A stretch of DNA of 64,000 nt, taken from the NCBI GenBank assembly GCA_964252035.1, contig OZ176213.1; one strand, given 5' to 3'. A program made the translations under genes and the position numbers. The DNA comes from Podarcis erhardii. Taxonomy: Eukaryota. This document shows positions 52,690 through 64,000 of the stretch, piece after piece. Under the pieces are notes generated by a model that made no database searches, was not told the DNA's origin, and worked only from the letters and a program-made list of their open reading frames with translations. How positions within the stretch are numbered: position 1 is the stretch's first letter; each line of letters begins with the position of its first letter.

Positions 52690-52960
52690 CTTGGCTTCTT
52701 CCTCTATCTATTTTCTCCACAACACATATAATTTTAGGCACCTCTATCCCATCCGCCCCCTCACCTATTTTCTGCACTATAAAGGCCCAAATGTTGTAAT
52801 GTTTCCTCCTAGAAGAGTTCTTCCAGCCCCTTGATCGATTTGTTTACCCCTTTCCAGCTCTCCAGGTGTGAGTGGCTGGAAGTGATCACAAGAGCAGCCC
52901 ACACCTTAGATATGTATTAGGCCATCATGATACCAGCAACACAGATTTGTCTAAAGGAGG
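52690..52960 (-). mobile_element. Degraded CR1 LINE ORF2 fragment
   Basis: Resembles the reverse of CR1 3' ORF2 (TTCCAGCCCCTTGATC...ACAGATTTGT). Recognised from memory only. Confidence 0.55.
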
Positions 52961-53264
52961 TGCGAGGGGCTGTGTCACTTCCAACTCTGCCCTTGGTGCA
53001 GAGTCCGCTTGTTTTGCTCACCCCCACATACTAAGCGGAGTTGACCACCATGGCCCCAGAGAATCACAGCCAATTTGACCCCCATCGGTGTGCACACACA
53101 GTTGCAAAGCCTTGAGGCTCTTGCAGGAAGATCCTGGTAATGTCTAAAGATTAGGTCATTCTCCCACTCTAGTAGGCAACTATCCATGGGTTTATTTATT
53201 TCATTCCACCCTTCGTTGCACAGAAATCCCAAGTTGTCTTAGAGTAAAACAAAAACATACAATA

Positions 53265-53606
53265 AAAAGGTAAAGGGACCCCTGACCATTAGGTCCAGTT
53301 GCAGACGACTCTAGGGTTGTGGCGCTCATCTCGCTTTACTGGCCGAGGGAGTCAGTGTACAGCTTCCGGGTCATGTGGCCAGCATGACTAAGCCACTTCT
53401 GGTGAACCAGAGCAGCGCATGGAAATGCCGTTTACCTTCCTGACCTATTTATCTACTTGCACTTTGACGTGCTTTTGAACTGCTAGGTTGGCAGGAGCAG
53501 GGACCGAGCAACGGGAGCTCACCCTGTCACAGGGATTTGAACCGTTGACCTTCTGATCAGCAAGCCCTAGGCTCTGTGGTTTAACCCACAGCGCCACCTG
53601 TGTCCC
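53265..53606 (-). mobile_element. Sauria SINE (Squam1) with a 13-bp TSD
   Basis: Full head and tail. AAAACATACAATA at 53252-53264 and 53609-53621. Confidence 0.95.
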
Positions 53607-53994
53607 TTAAAACATACAATAGCAACCATTTAATAACAAAGTTCAATGCAAAATTCTTGGCGTATGATACCCGATCTGTTGCCGTGATAATCGTGGCCAA
53701 CAAGCTCACTTCTTCACGAGGCCACCCTGGATGAAGAAGAGGTGGGTTTCAAATTGATACCTAAAACGAAATAGTTTCTGTAACAGGCCTAGTCTGGGAA
53801 GTTCAGGTGCCACCACACAGAAGGCCCCTCTCCTGACTAGCTAAAGGGCAGACTTCACCTGGGGATGGAATAACAAAAACAGCCTCCGTGGTAGAGTTAG
53901 AAAGCCTAGGCAGGCTAGTGGAGGAAGATTCCCAGGTTGTATGTTGTTTGGGGCCTTGTATGCCACTCTCTCAGCAGCAGCATAGGAAGGCACA

Positions 53995-54196
53995 AAACAC
54001 AATGGGAAAATGGTTAATAATATTTCTAACAAATTAGAGAAAAAAGGATAAGATGAAGGAAAAAGGGATTGATAACGAAAACCAGGGAAGGGTGGTAGGA
54101 AGTCAAGGGATTCTGCCGTTTAAATGTGAAGTGAAGGATATGTTTAAATAGAAATTTGTTATGTAAAATCTAATAAAAATATTTATTTTTAAAAAG
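53995..54196 (+). mobile_element. L1-type 3' end fragment
   Basis: G-rich GGGAAGGGTGGTAGGAAGTC, AT-rich tail and AATAAA, like the other L1-type 3' ends in the window. Confidence 0.55.
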
Positions 54197-55770
54197 GAAG
54201 GTCTCAGAGCAAGACATAGGGCTTGTTCATACTTACGTTTTGCCCCTTTCTTTCCAGGCAGAGGCTTGCACTTTAGCCCTTCATGTCCAAGCTCCCCCCT
54301 CCCCGAACTTCCCCCCCCCCAAAAAAAATCTACACTTTAAAACTAATTCGGAGCAAATGTAAATTCAGAGAAAGTTCTGGAGCACAAAAAGGGCACTCAG
54401 ACAATCGCATACAGTATTGGCTTATTTGGAGATCACAGATATCCTGGACACACCATTCTGTGTCTTTGAGTATTAATGGGCTCATAACCTAGCTTGATTT
54501 CCCACTTAGTCAAGCAGAATTTCTGTTTCAATTGGAAGGCTGAAAGAGCCATGCATAACACTTTGCAACGAAAAAGACTGACTTCCTGTGCTGGTTGATT
54601 TGAGTCCAAGCAAGCAAGCATTGTGGGATGTTCCCAAGGTGGTAGAGAAACACAACCGCTGGGACTGTCTAGGATTGGGATATGGCAACCTTTCAAGATG
54701 TAAAATAAGCCTAGAGCTGGAGTGCCTCTTCTACCTTGCCTGAGAACCCCCCCCCCCCCGCTGTACAGGTATGGGGTCGCAGAATGTTCACAAATACTCC
54801 AACTGTCCAGGGTGAACATGCTCCAAATTGCTACCTTGTTTAAAAGTGCAGGGTTCAAAAAAGAAGTGGAAACTCAGTCTGTTAAAAAGTGCAGGGTTCA
54901 AAAAAGAAGTGGAAACTCAGTCTGCTGTGGGGTATGGGGTCACTTGCAAAAAGCCTGAGGGCCAGAAGAGGCCCTGAAGCCAAATGGCTCAGAATCAGAA
55001 GGGCTGCAGGACGTTGAGCAGAACGGGCAGTATGCTCAGCTCAAGTGCTGTATGCAAGCGATGGAAAGCAGAGTGGCACAGGCTTAGCAAAACTAGCCCT
55101 CGCCAGGTCGCTGGTGCTTAGAGGGTCACGATTTGCCTGCCTCCCTCATGACCATCGCCTTGGACTCAGGGGATGGGTACAACGAAGCAAGGAAGAAGCC
55201 TTTATCCTCACCCGCCCCCCAGCAGTCCGTTTGCCCTTCCCTCGCATCGCAGATGAGCTGTAGCTTGAAACAAATGGACCGCTGTAGAGAAATTATTTCT
55301 GCAGAAGATCCAGCCTGTCCCTCTTTCAGCTGTGTTTACATTTGCTCACGATATTTATCCCTTCAAAGAGTTCATAGGAGCGCACAAACAAGCATTGCAA
55401 AACACAAGGAAGCAAAGGAAAGAACTGATAAACAAACAGATCAGCAGAGAAACAGATTTTTAAAAGCCAGTAGTGTGAAAATACCATGGCATTAAATACC
55501 CTCCGCCTCCCCTCCACTGGCCACCGCAGAGAGCGATAGAAGTCAGGCCTACAAAGGGAAAGGCCTCTCCCAAAAGGAACTTTTTCATCTCTTGCCAGAA
55601 GGCGGGTGAGGAGGGGTCTGTGGGGGACTGGAGTCCCAGGGTCTTGGCACAGCAACTCCCCCCGCCATTTCTATCAAACAAAGCAATGCCTCTTAATTCT
55701 ACAGCGCAATCCTATCTATATGTCTACTCAAAAGTAAGCCCTGGTGAGTTTAATGGGAATCATTCTTGAT

Positions 55771-56121
55771 TAAAGGTAAAGCTACCCCTGATCGTTAGGT
55801 CCAGTCACGGACGACTCTGGGGTTGCGCACTCATCTCGCTCTATAGGCCGAGGGAGCTGCCGTTTGTCCGCAGACAGCTTCTGGGTCATGTGGCCAGCAT
55901 GACTAAGCCGCTTCTGGCGAACCAGAGCAGCGCATGGAAACACTGTTTACCTTCCCGCCTATTTATCTACTTGCACTTGACGTACTTTTGAACTGCTAGG
56001 TGGGCAGGAGCTGGGACCCAACAATGGGAGCTCACCCCGCCGCGGGGATTCGAACCACCGACCTTCCAATCGGCAAGCCCTAGGCTCTGTGGCTCTGTGA
56101 CCACAGCGCCATCCACATCCC
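55771..56121 (-). mobile_element. Sauria SINE (Squam1)
   Basis: Same consensus blocks as the other copies. Confidence 0.93.
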
Positions 56122-57756
56122 TTACTCTCGGTTAGGTGTGTCCTTTAACTGACACTGTTGACAGAGAAGCTAAAAAGACCACGAGTGAAATGGTCACGCC
56201 TATGCTTTTCTCGGTCAAATTTGCTTTTGTTTAAATCGATGGGGTCTAGAGGGAGGAGTGCAGTTTGTTTGAGGAGAAAAGTGTGGCACTGCTACCCTGT
56301 GCCCAAGTGTCCCCACTGAAATGGGGCAAACACCAAGCCGCCAAAACCCAAATTGCTGTTTGTTCCGATTCAGTGTTAAAGAGCAGGTTTTCCTGGGAAA
56401 AGCAGCTTGCGGGCAGCGGGAGTGCTCAGGTGCAAACTGGGAAAATGTGGAGCTGTGCCTGGAAAGCGTGGGGCAAAAAGCAAGTGTGGATCAGCCCACA
56501 GGCTCACAGCTTAAAGCAGTTTTTCAACCAACTTGAAAGAAACACTCCTTGCTTTATAATCTCCTCCTGTTTTCATGCTGTCAAATCAGCTGCATCAGAC
56601 TTCGAACCCTGCAGGACGGAGCATCTGAATGGTGAGTGATCTGACTGCAACATTAAAAGTTTCTGAGAAGGTGGAGCGGGAGAAGGAGAGATGGAGACAG
56701 CAATCTAATGCAATCCAATCTCCCCTTCCCACCCACAGGAAACAAGATCTATAACACAAAAGAGTGTACAAAACTCATTCAATATTCCATCACATACGAA
56801 AAAGGAGGCAGCGCAGAAATACCCCCAGTGACCCCCCCAGCAGCTGATGCAAACTCAAAGACGTCTATCATCCCCCTAAGCCTGCAAAACGTCGCCACAG
56901 CCATATTTCCACATATCCTGGGCAGACCACATTGTACGTGTGTGTGAACCAGGAGCCACTAGACCTCAACCATGCTCTGAAGTCATAAAACGACCACCTG
57001 TCGTTTGAGCAGCTGGAAGGAAAGAGGCATGGCTCAAGGTGCTTTCTGAATCCACATTAGTTCCAGTGTGTCAGCAAGATCTTGTTTGGAAAGTGCTGCT
57101 TGACAGAGCATTTTGGGGCATTGAGCTGCTCCCTTCCTCTTAACTGGCAGCATGCCGTGAAGCAAACGTCAACAGAACCGTCCTCTGAAGGGGCTGCCAT
57201 GCACTTGTATGTGCCAGTGATGGTGCCTCTCGCACTGAAAGGGATCTGGCTCCTTCACAGCCGGATGGAGCCAGACATCCAAAGCAGAACCAAGGGGACA
57301 CAGCAAAGGTGCAAGGAGGAAGCCTTGTCAGCCCAGCAAAGAGGGGAGCCCTCCAAGCAACTGCTCTGGAGGAAAGGCAACCAAGGGCTCACATACCCCT
57401 TCCAGGCAGGATACAGAAGCAAACCTAACCAACCAAACCCATGACGACATGCTTTTGCTGCCTTCAGCATCAAGGCTTTGCCAGGGGACACACATCAATG
57501 GCTGAGCACCCTCCAATTCCCATCACCATCCCTGACCACTGGCTATTTTGTGGCTGCTGGGAGCTGGAGGCAAACCGCTTCTGGAGCCCCAGCATTTTCC
57601 TAAGCCACCTGAGTCTTAGCCATGGCCTCCCAAGGAATTTCTGATTTCTCTTCCTACCTTATGCAGAGCTGTGTATGTTTTTCTTGGGAACACAAATGCA
57701 AAGGACACAACACACTTGACACTCGCACTCACGGTGCAGCTGCGCCCAATACTTAC

Positions 57757-57818
57757 CCAGCAAAGGCTTGGATTGCAAGCTTGGAAGCGTCCAAAGACCC
57801 ACCGCTGACTATGCGAGC
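57757..57818 (-). CDS. UNC13C: UNC13C coding exon, 62 nt, ARIVSGGSLDASKLAIQAFA(G)
   Basis: ttccccattcaag|GCTCGCATAGTC...GCCTTTGCTGG|gtaagt. Resembles human ARIVSGNDLDASKF. The phase 0 start and phase 2 end fit both neighbours. Confidence 0.9.
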
Positions 57819-58396
57819 CTTGAATGGGGAAGAAGGAAAATCTTGGTTACTTCTGGGGGTGGGGCGAGCAGAGCGTGCCAGACACAGAAGACACCTAGGA
57901 TGGAGTTGCTAAGCAGGGCCAGCTCCACGCCAAAGCTGAAGTCCTTCCCGTTTGAAAAGACAACAGAGCCACGTTCAGCATTTAGAGAGAAACCTCCGGC
58001 AGGGCGGCTGCTGGGGGTGCCCAGGAACCCCCCGCAGGCAGTTTCCCTGCAAATCCTGGAGTGCAAGCAGGGGTGGGGGTTGGCAGCGGCCTAGGCGACA
58101 GGTTGCCACAGCAGGGCAGCAAAACTGGGAACCAGGTTTGACCGTAGCGGACCCCCCGGAGCTGGCACAACTTATGAGGTCAGAGAATCACAACAGTGAG
58201 GGTTCACTCTGCATATCAATGAAAGGCATTTGGAAGACATCAACTGAGGAGGACAGACGAAGCATGGAAAGCTGGGGGAGGGGAAACATGCGCCATCTCA
58301 CAACTCAAATGAAGGGACCAAACAGGTCAACTGAGTCACAAAACAAACAGTCCAACAAAAGACATGACCCTTTAAGGAAATAGGTGATTTTGGAAC

Positions 58397-58419
58397 CTTT
58401 TCATCCACAGAACTGCTAT
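58397..58419 (-). CDS. UNC13C: UNC13C coding microexon, 23 nt, (D)SSSVDEK
   Basis: Minus strand reads ttctctttcag|AT AGC AGT TCT GTG GAT GAA AAG|gttcca. The peptide matches the DSSSVDEK segment I recall from human UNC13C. It ends in phase 0 and joins the next exon in frame. Confidence 0.9.
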
Positions 58420-61400
58420 CTGAAAGAGAATCGGGAAGAGGAGGAATAAAGGTTAGATCAAAGAGTCTCCAAGAAACTGTGCATAGCTCAGAGTGAACAG
58501 TTACAATCCTACCTAGAGCCTGGCCAGGCAGCCCTCACAGTCCTGGCTTTGCACTCTAGGGATGAAGCAAAGAGGAACAGATCAAGAAGAGAGGCTGGAT
58601 GCCCCCACCCCAAGCCCAGGTGTGCGTTTTAGGCCTGGTAAGATCTGGACTGTCACTGAGTGGTGGTGCTGGGAAGCCAGCCCCACAGACTCAGGCCAGA
58701 GGAGGCTGCGACATCATTTGGGCCACTGCTCTCAGCAGGCAGCCTCACTGCTAGGCATGTCTCTGGGAGGGGGGGTGTTTGTGTGCCTCCCTTCCGGCAC
58801 ACAGTAGAAACAAGGCCCTTGCATCATTCTAACAAATCTGCTCAGAAATCTCACCAAGGAAAGCAGTGAGCATATGGCACTTCCAATTGTCTCTCACATT
58901 TCATGCTGCAAAATGAGCTCTGCATTAGCACATTGTTCACCAATGCTATAAAAATATAAGGCTGTCAGAGAGAGAAACTAATCTTGCTGATGATTATCAC
59001 ATATTTCATCCTTCTCCTTCTCCGAAGAAGAAAAGCCACATTTGCTGAACTAGGTGCTTCTCCTTTGATCTGATCCACCTGCAGGACTCCTCTTGAGTTC
59101 TTAGGAGTGTTGAAGTGACACCTGTGCCTTTCAGACATGCAGATTCCCTAGTCCTCCAACATGTCCAAGTGGAGAGGCCACATTATTACTGTTATTATTT
59201 AGATTTCTTACTCGCCCTTCACCGTCCAAAGGTCCAAAGGTGGGTTACACCAATTTAAACATACAAAATTAAAATCAGTTAAAGCAAATTACACCCAAGA
59301 GAACAGGGCGTGCTTGACAGTATTTCTCTCAGGTGTCAATGACACATGTTGCCGAGAGCTTAGGAGGGAAGCTGGACCACTCCAGCAGTAACAAGCACAG
59401 GGGCTGCCCCATGCTCCAACACCCCCAAAGGGGGCCACAGGTCGCCTCTCTAGCTGGCTGCTGAGAGGAGTCACCTGTTGCTCAGAGACCACCTGAGCCA
59501 AGAGACTCAACCTTCTTTTGCTCCTAATCCTGCAACCAAGGGCTTAGCCACACTGACCTTTAGTGCTCAACTGGAGTAAACGTCAAACCGTGTTTCCTGT
59601 GTACTGCCGTTTGCTCTGATTGAACTTTAAAGAGCAAGTTTTCATGGGGAAAGTTCCATAGCAAAAAAAGGGGGCGCTCAAACATGGAGCTTTAAAGCAT
59701 GGACAGTGCCTGGAAAGAGCAGAGGAAAGGTAACTGTGGATATGCCCTCAATGTTTTATTTTCCTTTTGCACCCTCACTGCTGTTTCCCCCTTCACCTTT
59801 TTACAGCCCCCTTAAATAAAATGCTTGACCAGACTTCTTGGCTGCAATGCTTTCTCTTTTCTGTGTTTCTCAGAACACTTGGACAATACCTGCTGCTTTT
59901 GGAGAGGAGGGGGGCTGAAGCTGTCAGGCAGGAATTTGGCAGGCAAATTCTCTACTCTAAGTAGATCAGTGCAAGGCAGCAACAAATTAGGGATAACCAG
60001 TGGGGCGGAGTCCAACAACATCTGAAAGGCAGCTCCCGTCATTCTTGGTTGGCCATTGGCTATGCTGGATGCTGAACGTCCAACATCAGTTGAAGGACCC
60101 CAGGCTCCCCATCTCTGCCATCAAGACTAGAGCAAGCATTGAAGAACTGGAACCCAGTTGGACCCATTGGCCTCTGAATGGCCCTGATGCATTGGTCAGC
60201 ACCTGGAGTAGCCAGCAGTGTAGCCTCCAGATGTTCTCCTTGGACCACAGTTCCCATCATCCCTGACAATTGGCCACCCCGTCTGTACGGTCTTGTGGCC
60301 CTGTAGCAAAGGAGGTGACCAAAAGTTTCATGTCTTCTTGCCATTTTGCTACCAGAGAAGCCCTGGCATGCAAGAGAACTGAGGAAGAGGGTGTGAGCCT
60401 GCTCTTGTTGCATCGGGTCACCTGCATGCCAGGACACTGGATTCAGCATCCCTCACTTGCTCAGGCAGTGAAATGCCAATCACACTCTTTTACAGTCTTT
60501 GCGGACATGCTGTGTGAATCACACAGTCAAAAGGTAAGCAGCGATGAGGCCCCAACCACCTCTGGAGAGCACAGTCTGAGCCGGGCTGTGAAGAGAGGCA
60601 GTCTCTAGCCACGTCCGTAGTGGCGGCGGCTCTGCTTTGTCCATCCGCTGCGATCGAGGAAATTGCTGCAGCTGAATTCGTGTTCACATTAGTTACATTT
60701 GCACCCAATGCCAAAGCTGCTTGCCCTAGGCACCTAAGTCTTTAGCTCGGACCCTCAACCCTCCTGGTCTCCCCAGAGCCCTATCCCAAGGAGGTCAAGT
60801 GGTCATCGCCTTTGGGGTGGGGAGCCCCTGCTGCCCTGGTGTACGAAGCTGCCTACAGATCTGTCGGCTCTTACACCATGTTTAGTTTTAACTCTACAAT
60901 GATAGCAGAAGATGACTTGTTTGGCTTCTGCTCTTGCCAGCAAATGAATCCTTACATTACAAGCAAAAGACATGATGGAGAATGATAAAACATGAGCCTT
61001 TGTATAGGAGGTAGGAAAGCTGTAAGGCTGGGCTTTGTTACATGACTCCTGGTGGGGATCTCAGCACTGGGCAGCTGGTGAGGGGACATTCCACTACCTG
61101 CAAAACACACACTTCAATAGTGCAGGAAAAAGAGACTCCACTACATGGCGATTTATATGCTAGAGGAAGGAAAGCTTTGTATTAAAGACCCTTCTGAGTC
61201 AACAAAGTTCTGTCAGTTTCATGCTATTTTCCTCCCGTATTTGGAAAATATTTTGCAAATCACTCGCATCATGCTACAACTCTGTTTTTGCCCACATTCC
61301 AAAATGTTGTCTTCAAAATAGAGTGTCAGGCTGTGTGAATAAAAGGAAACCACCCCAGGCTTGAGATGGACCTGCCCAGGGTAGGGGGCCCTTTTTGGTG

Positions 61401-62191
61401 GCAAAATCCTGCCGCCCCCCTCCCATCCTGTCCCTTTCAGATGACCCGGCTTCTCTAGTCCTCCATCACACACGTGCTGCCAAGGATGCCATGCCTTCCC
61501 AGTAAAACACAACTGCCTGTCGCTGGGCTTGAAAGCTGGGCAAGTCCAGCAGCAGTTAACCACCCCATCCCATCTTTCCCAGGTGACAGCACCTTAGCTC
61601 TGCAAATATGCAGATGAGTTGGAGCCCACCAGCCTCAATGGTCTTAAAACTGGGCTACTGCCAACATAGCATTGCCTCTCACCCCCTCTTTGACCATCTG
61701 AGATGCTGAGTTACTTAATGCAAGGACGACTATCATTTTGGTGAAGGAGTGCCCAGAAGCTTCTAGGTCTACCTTCTAAACATTTTCTTTATTTTCTTAA
61801 AACACTCTTTGGCTTTCCCCCTTGCTGCCTCTTAAAACCTCATTTTTACAAACTTCTTAATGCTGACTGTTGGGTTTCTTGGCTGTGTTTGTGCAGGCTC
61901 CAAGGGATGTTGCTGCATCCTGGGCTGAGACTGTTTGGCTTTACGATGCGTAAGGGAGGCGGGAGAGAAAAGCCAAGCACTTTGGGGCCTGGTGAGAAGA
62001 GTGGAAGCTGGGTGCTCTCTGTCTCCTCTCACCAATACTGGCCTTGCACCACTGGGTTTCACATCCCCCCAAAGTGGGGTGGGGCGCAGCTGGGCTGCTA
62101 CCTGCCAGCGGTTTTACTCCTCCCGTACACCTGCCTCAATGGGGGAATGCTTTCCCAAGAACAGGGAATGAAGCTGTGTGCATGAGATAAG

Positions 62192-62241
62192 AGGAAGGAA
62201 GGAAGGAAGGAAGGAAGGAAGGAAGGAAGGAAGGAAGGAAG
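62192..62241. repeat. (GGAA)n microsatellite
   Basis: Direct reading. Confidence 0.95.
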
Positions 62242-63204
62242 GGGACAAGTGGGAGCCAGAAGCTGAGCAAGCAGGCTGGCTATAGCACTGCCAAGCTATT
62301 TATTGGCATGTTGATTTTACACATACGCTTTCACAGAACGAGCAACAGTAACATTGCGTACAAGCACACCCACGAGTCTTCATTTTGTCTTTTATAGTTC
62401 TTGCACGTCTTTTTCAGTTGTCCCTATTTTTATGCCTCCTCCTGCTGTTCTCTCTCCCTCTGCTAGGGTTGTCATATCTTGAAGAGCAAAAGAGAGGTCA
62501 GCCCAAGTCGCTGCCAGCCCGAGCCAAAGAAAGTGGCGTGCGGGTATGGGCGTGTGAGGCCAACATGCCCGGTTGCCTCTTTTCTTGGCTAGGGCTGGCA
62601 GCAGCCACAGCCCAAAAATAACCACCTAAACCCAGACATTTCCTTTAAAATGTAAAAATCCACTTGGATGGGCATGCTGGCACCGAAAAAGAGGAAATGT
62701 TAAGTGGATGGACCGTGGCTTTCTCGCTTTCCCCCTTGCTTCAGGCCGCAAGGCTAGCAACCACACAGCTCAAGCGCAGCTAGCTGGACTACCAAGCTGG
62801 AACTGACCGAGGCCGGCTGCTTGGTGTGCTTCAGGCTGGTGCCTTTAAAGCTGACAAGGAGGTGGCTTGTCAGTCCAGAATTATGCAAGCCAGAGAAGCC
62901 CCTTGTCATTTCACAGTGGTCTACAGCTAATTTGCTTTTGCAACTGTGCCAGATGCTTCCTTAAGCTAAGTGTCAGCATGGAAGCTCTCTCCAAGATGGC
63001 ATCTCTGGGCCTGGTAGTCACCCACAGAGTGGCCACTGGGCAGAACGACTGGGAGGAAAAGAGTCCCCAGATCCTCTTGTTAGGGTGCCCCCAAATGCTT
63101 CTCCCTTTCAAGGCCACTGCTGCCTAGTTAAAGCCACTGGATACTTTTCCCTCCCCAACCTTAATCACGGAACCCTGGGAGCTTGGCATCTGCCTAGGGT
63201 GGCA

Positions 63205-63512
63205 TAAAGGTAAAGGGACCCCTGACTGTTAGGTCCAGTCACGGATGACTCTGGGGTTGCGGCGCTCATCTCACTTTATTGGCCGAGGGAGCTGGCGTAC
63301 AGCTTCCGGGTCATGTGGCCAGCATGACTAAGCCACTTCTGGCAAACCAGAGCAGCGCACGGAAATGCTGTTTACCTTCCCACTGGAGTGGTACCTATTT
63401 ATCTACTTGCACTTCGTGCTTTCAAACTGCTATGTTGGCAGGGGCAGGGCCCGAGCAACAGTAGCTCATGCCGTTGCGGGGATTTGAACTGCCGACCTTC
63501 TGATCGGCAAGC
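63205..63512 (-). mobile_element. Sauria SINE (Squam1), head truncated
   Basis: Tail and body are intact. The first ~35 nt of the tRNA head are missing. Confidence 0.92.
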
Positions 63513-64000
63513 AAATCCCTTTGCTACTAGACCACGAGCAAACAGCCCTTTTCCAGGGACCCCCACCATGACCGAAGGAGAAGTTGCACATGTGGAAGAT
63601 GCTCTCACTCTTTCCCCTTTATGTGTTTTCCTATGAGGAAAATAAGCTGGTGCAAAATAAAATAAAGAGCTGACTTCCCTGGGTTGCAAGGAAGTCAGGA
63701 TGGTTTAAAAACAGTGTTGTTGCTATGAAGGCAACTGAGGCCTAATGGCATGGATTGATAGCATTGCCCATTCCTTGGAGAAGGGGGGGGTCTCCCCCAT
63801 CTCCTGTTGGCAGCCCAGATGCTTCCTCCCCAGCCCTCTGCACTCTTCTTCCAAGCTGCCCAGGACCATCAACTAACCTGCAATACTTAATATGGGGGCA
63901 AAACCATGGGCATAAATCACACAGATGTATGGCAATAATTAAAACTCTTTCTCTTGGCCATGGAAATAAAGCCAATTCAATTACAATACCTTAATTACAG

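Noticed and set aside
56590-60540. Possible + strand mini-exons (AG...GTGAGT near 56590-56637; TTTTACAG...AAG|GTAAGC near 60488-60540)
   Set aside because: Splice-like motifs only, with no coding signal or linked exon chain. Such matches occur by chance in 64 kb.
60490-60714. Ala-rich, CpG-containing minus-strand ORF as an upstream UNC13C exon
   Set aside because: No similarity to the expected upstream sequence (...KQMAELEEKILAG) and no suitable phase-1 donor. The large upstream exon must lie beyond 64000.

Overview
Eukaryotic genomic DNA from a squamate reptile, probably a lacertid lizard. This is inferred from six Sauria/Squam1 SINE copies plus Squam2- and Squam3-type SINEs. The whole window lies inside one minus-strand gene, UNC13C (Munc13-3). 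I traced 13 consecutive coding exons by hand from 58419 down to 2286. They total 1502 nt, all have GT-AG boundaries, and their phases join in one open frame. They encode the end of the N-terminal region, the C1 domain, the C2B domain and the start of the MUN region. Two are microexons (6 nt and 23 nt) that the ORF track cannot show. The gene start and end lie outside the window. Introns are full of SINEs, L1/L2/CR1 fragments, hAT and Tc1/mariner MITEs, an LTR-like element and microsatellites, and there is a 293-N assembly gap. The most unusual element is a pair of full-length, ~1.63-kb retroposons with no long ORF (37284-38910 and 42496-44133). Each has an L1-type 5' promoter head, a poly(A) signal and tail, and a perfect 15-17-bp target-site duplication (TSD). 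They look like a non-autonomous L1-dependent family. Most ORFs in the supplied track are noise. Comparisons to human UNC13 proteins and named repeat families are from memory, not from a database search.
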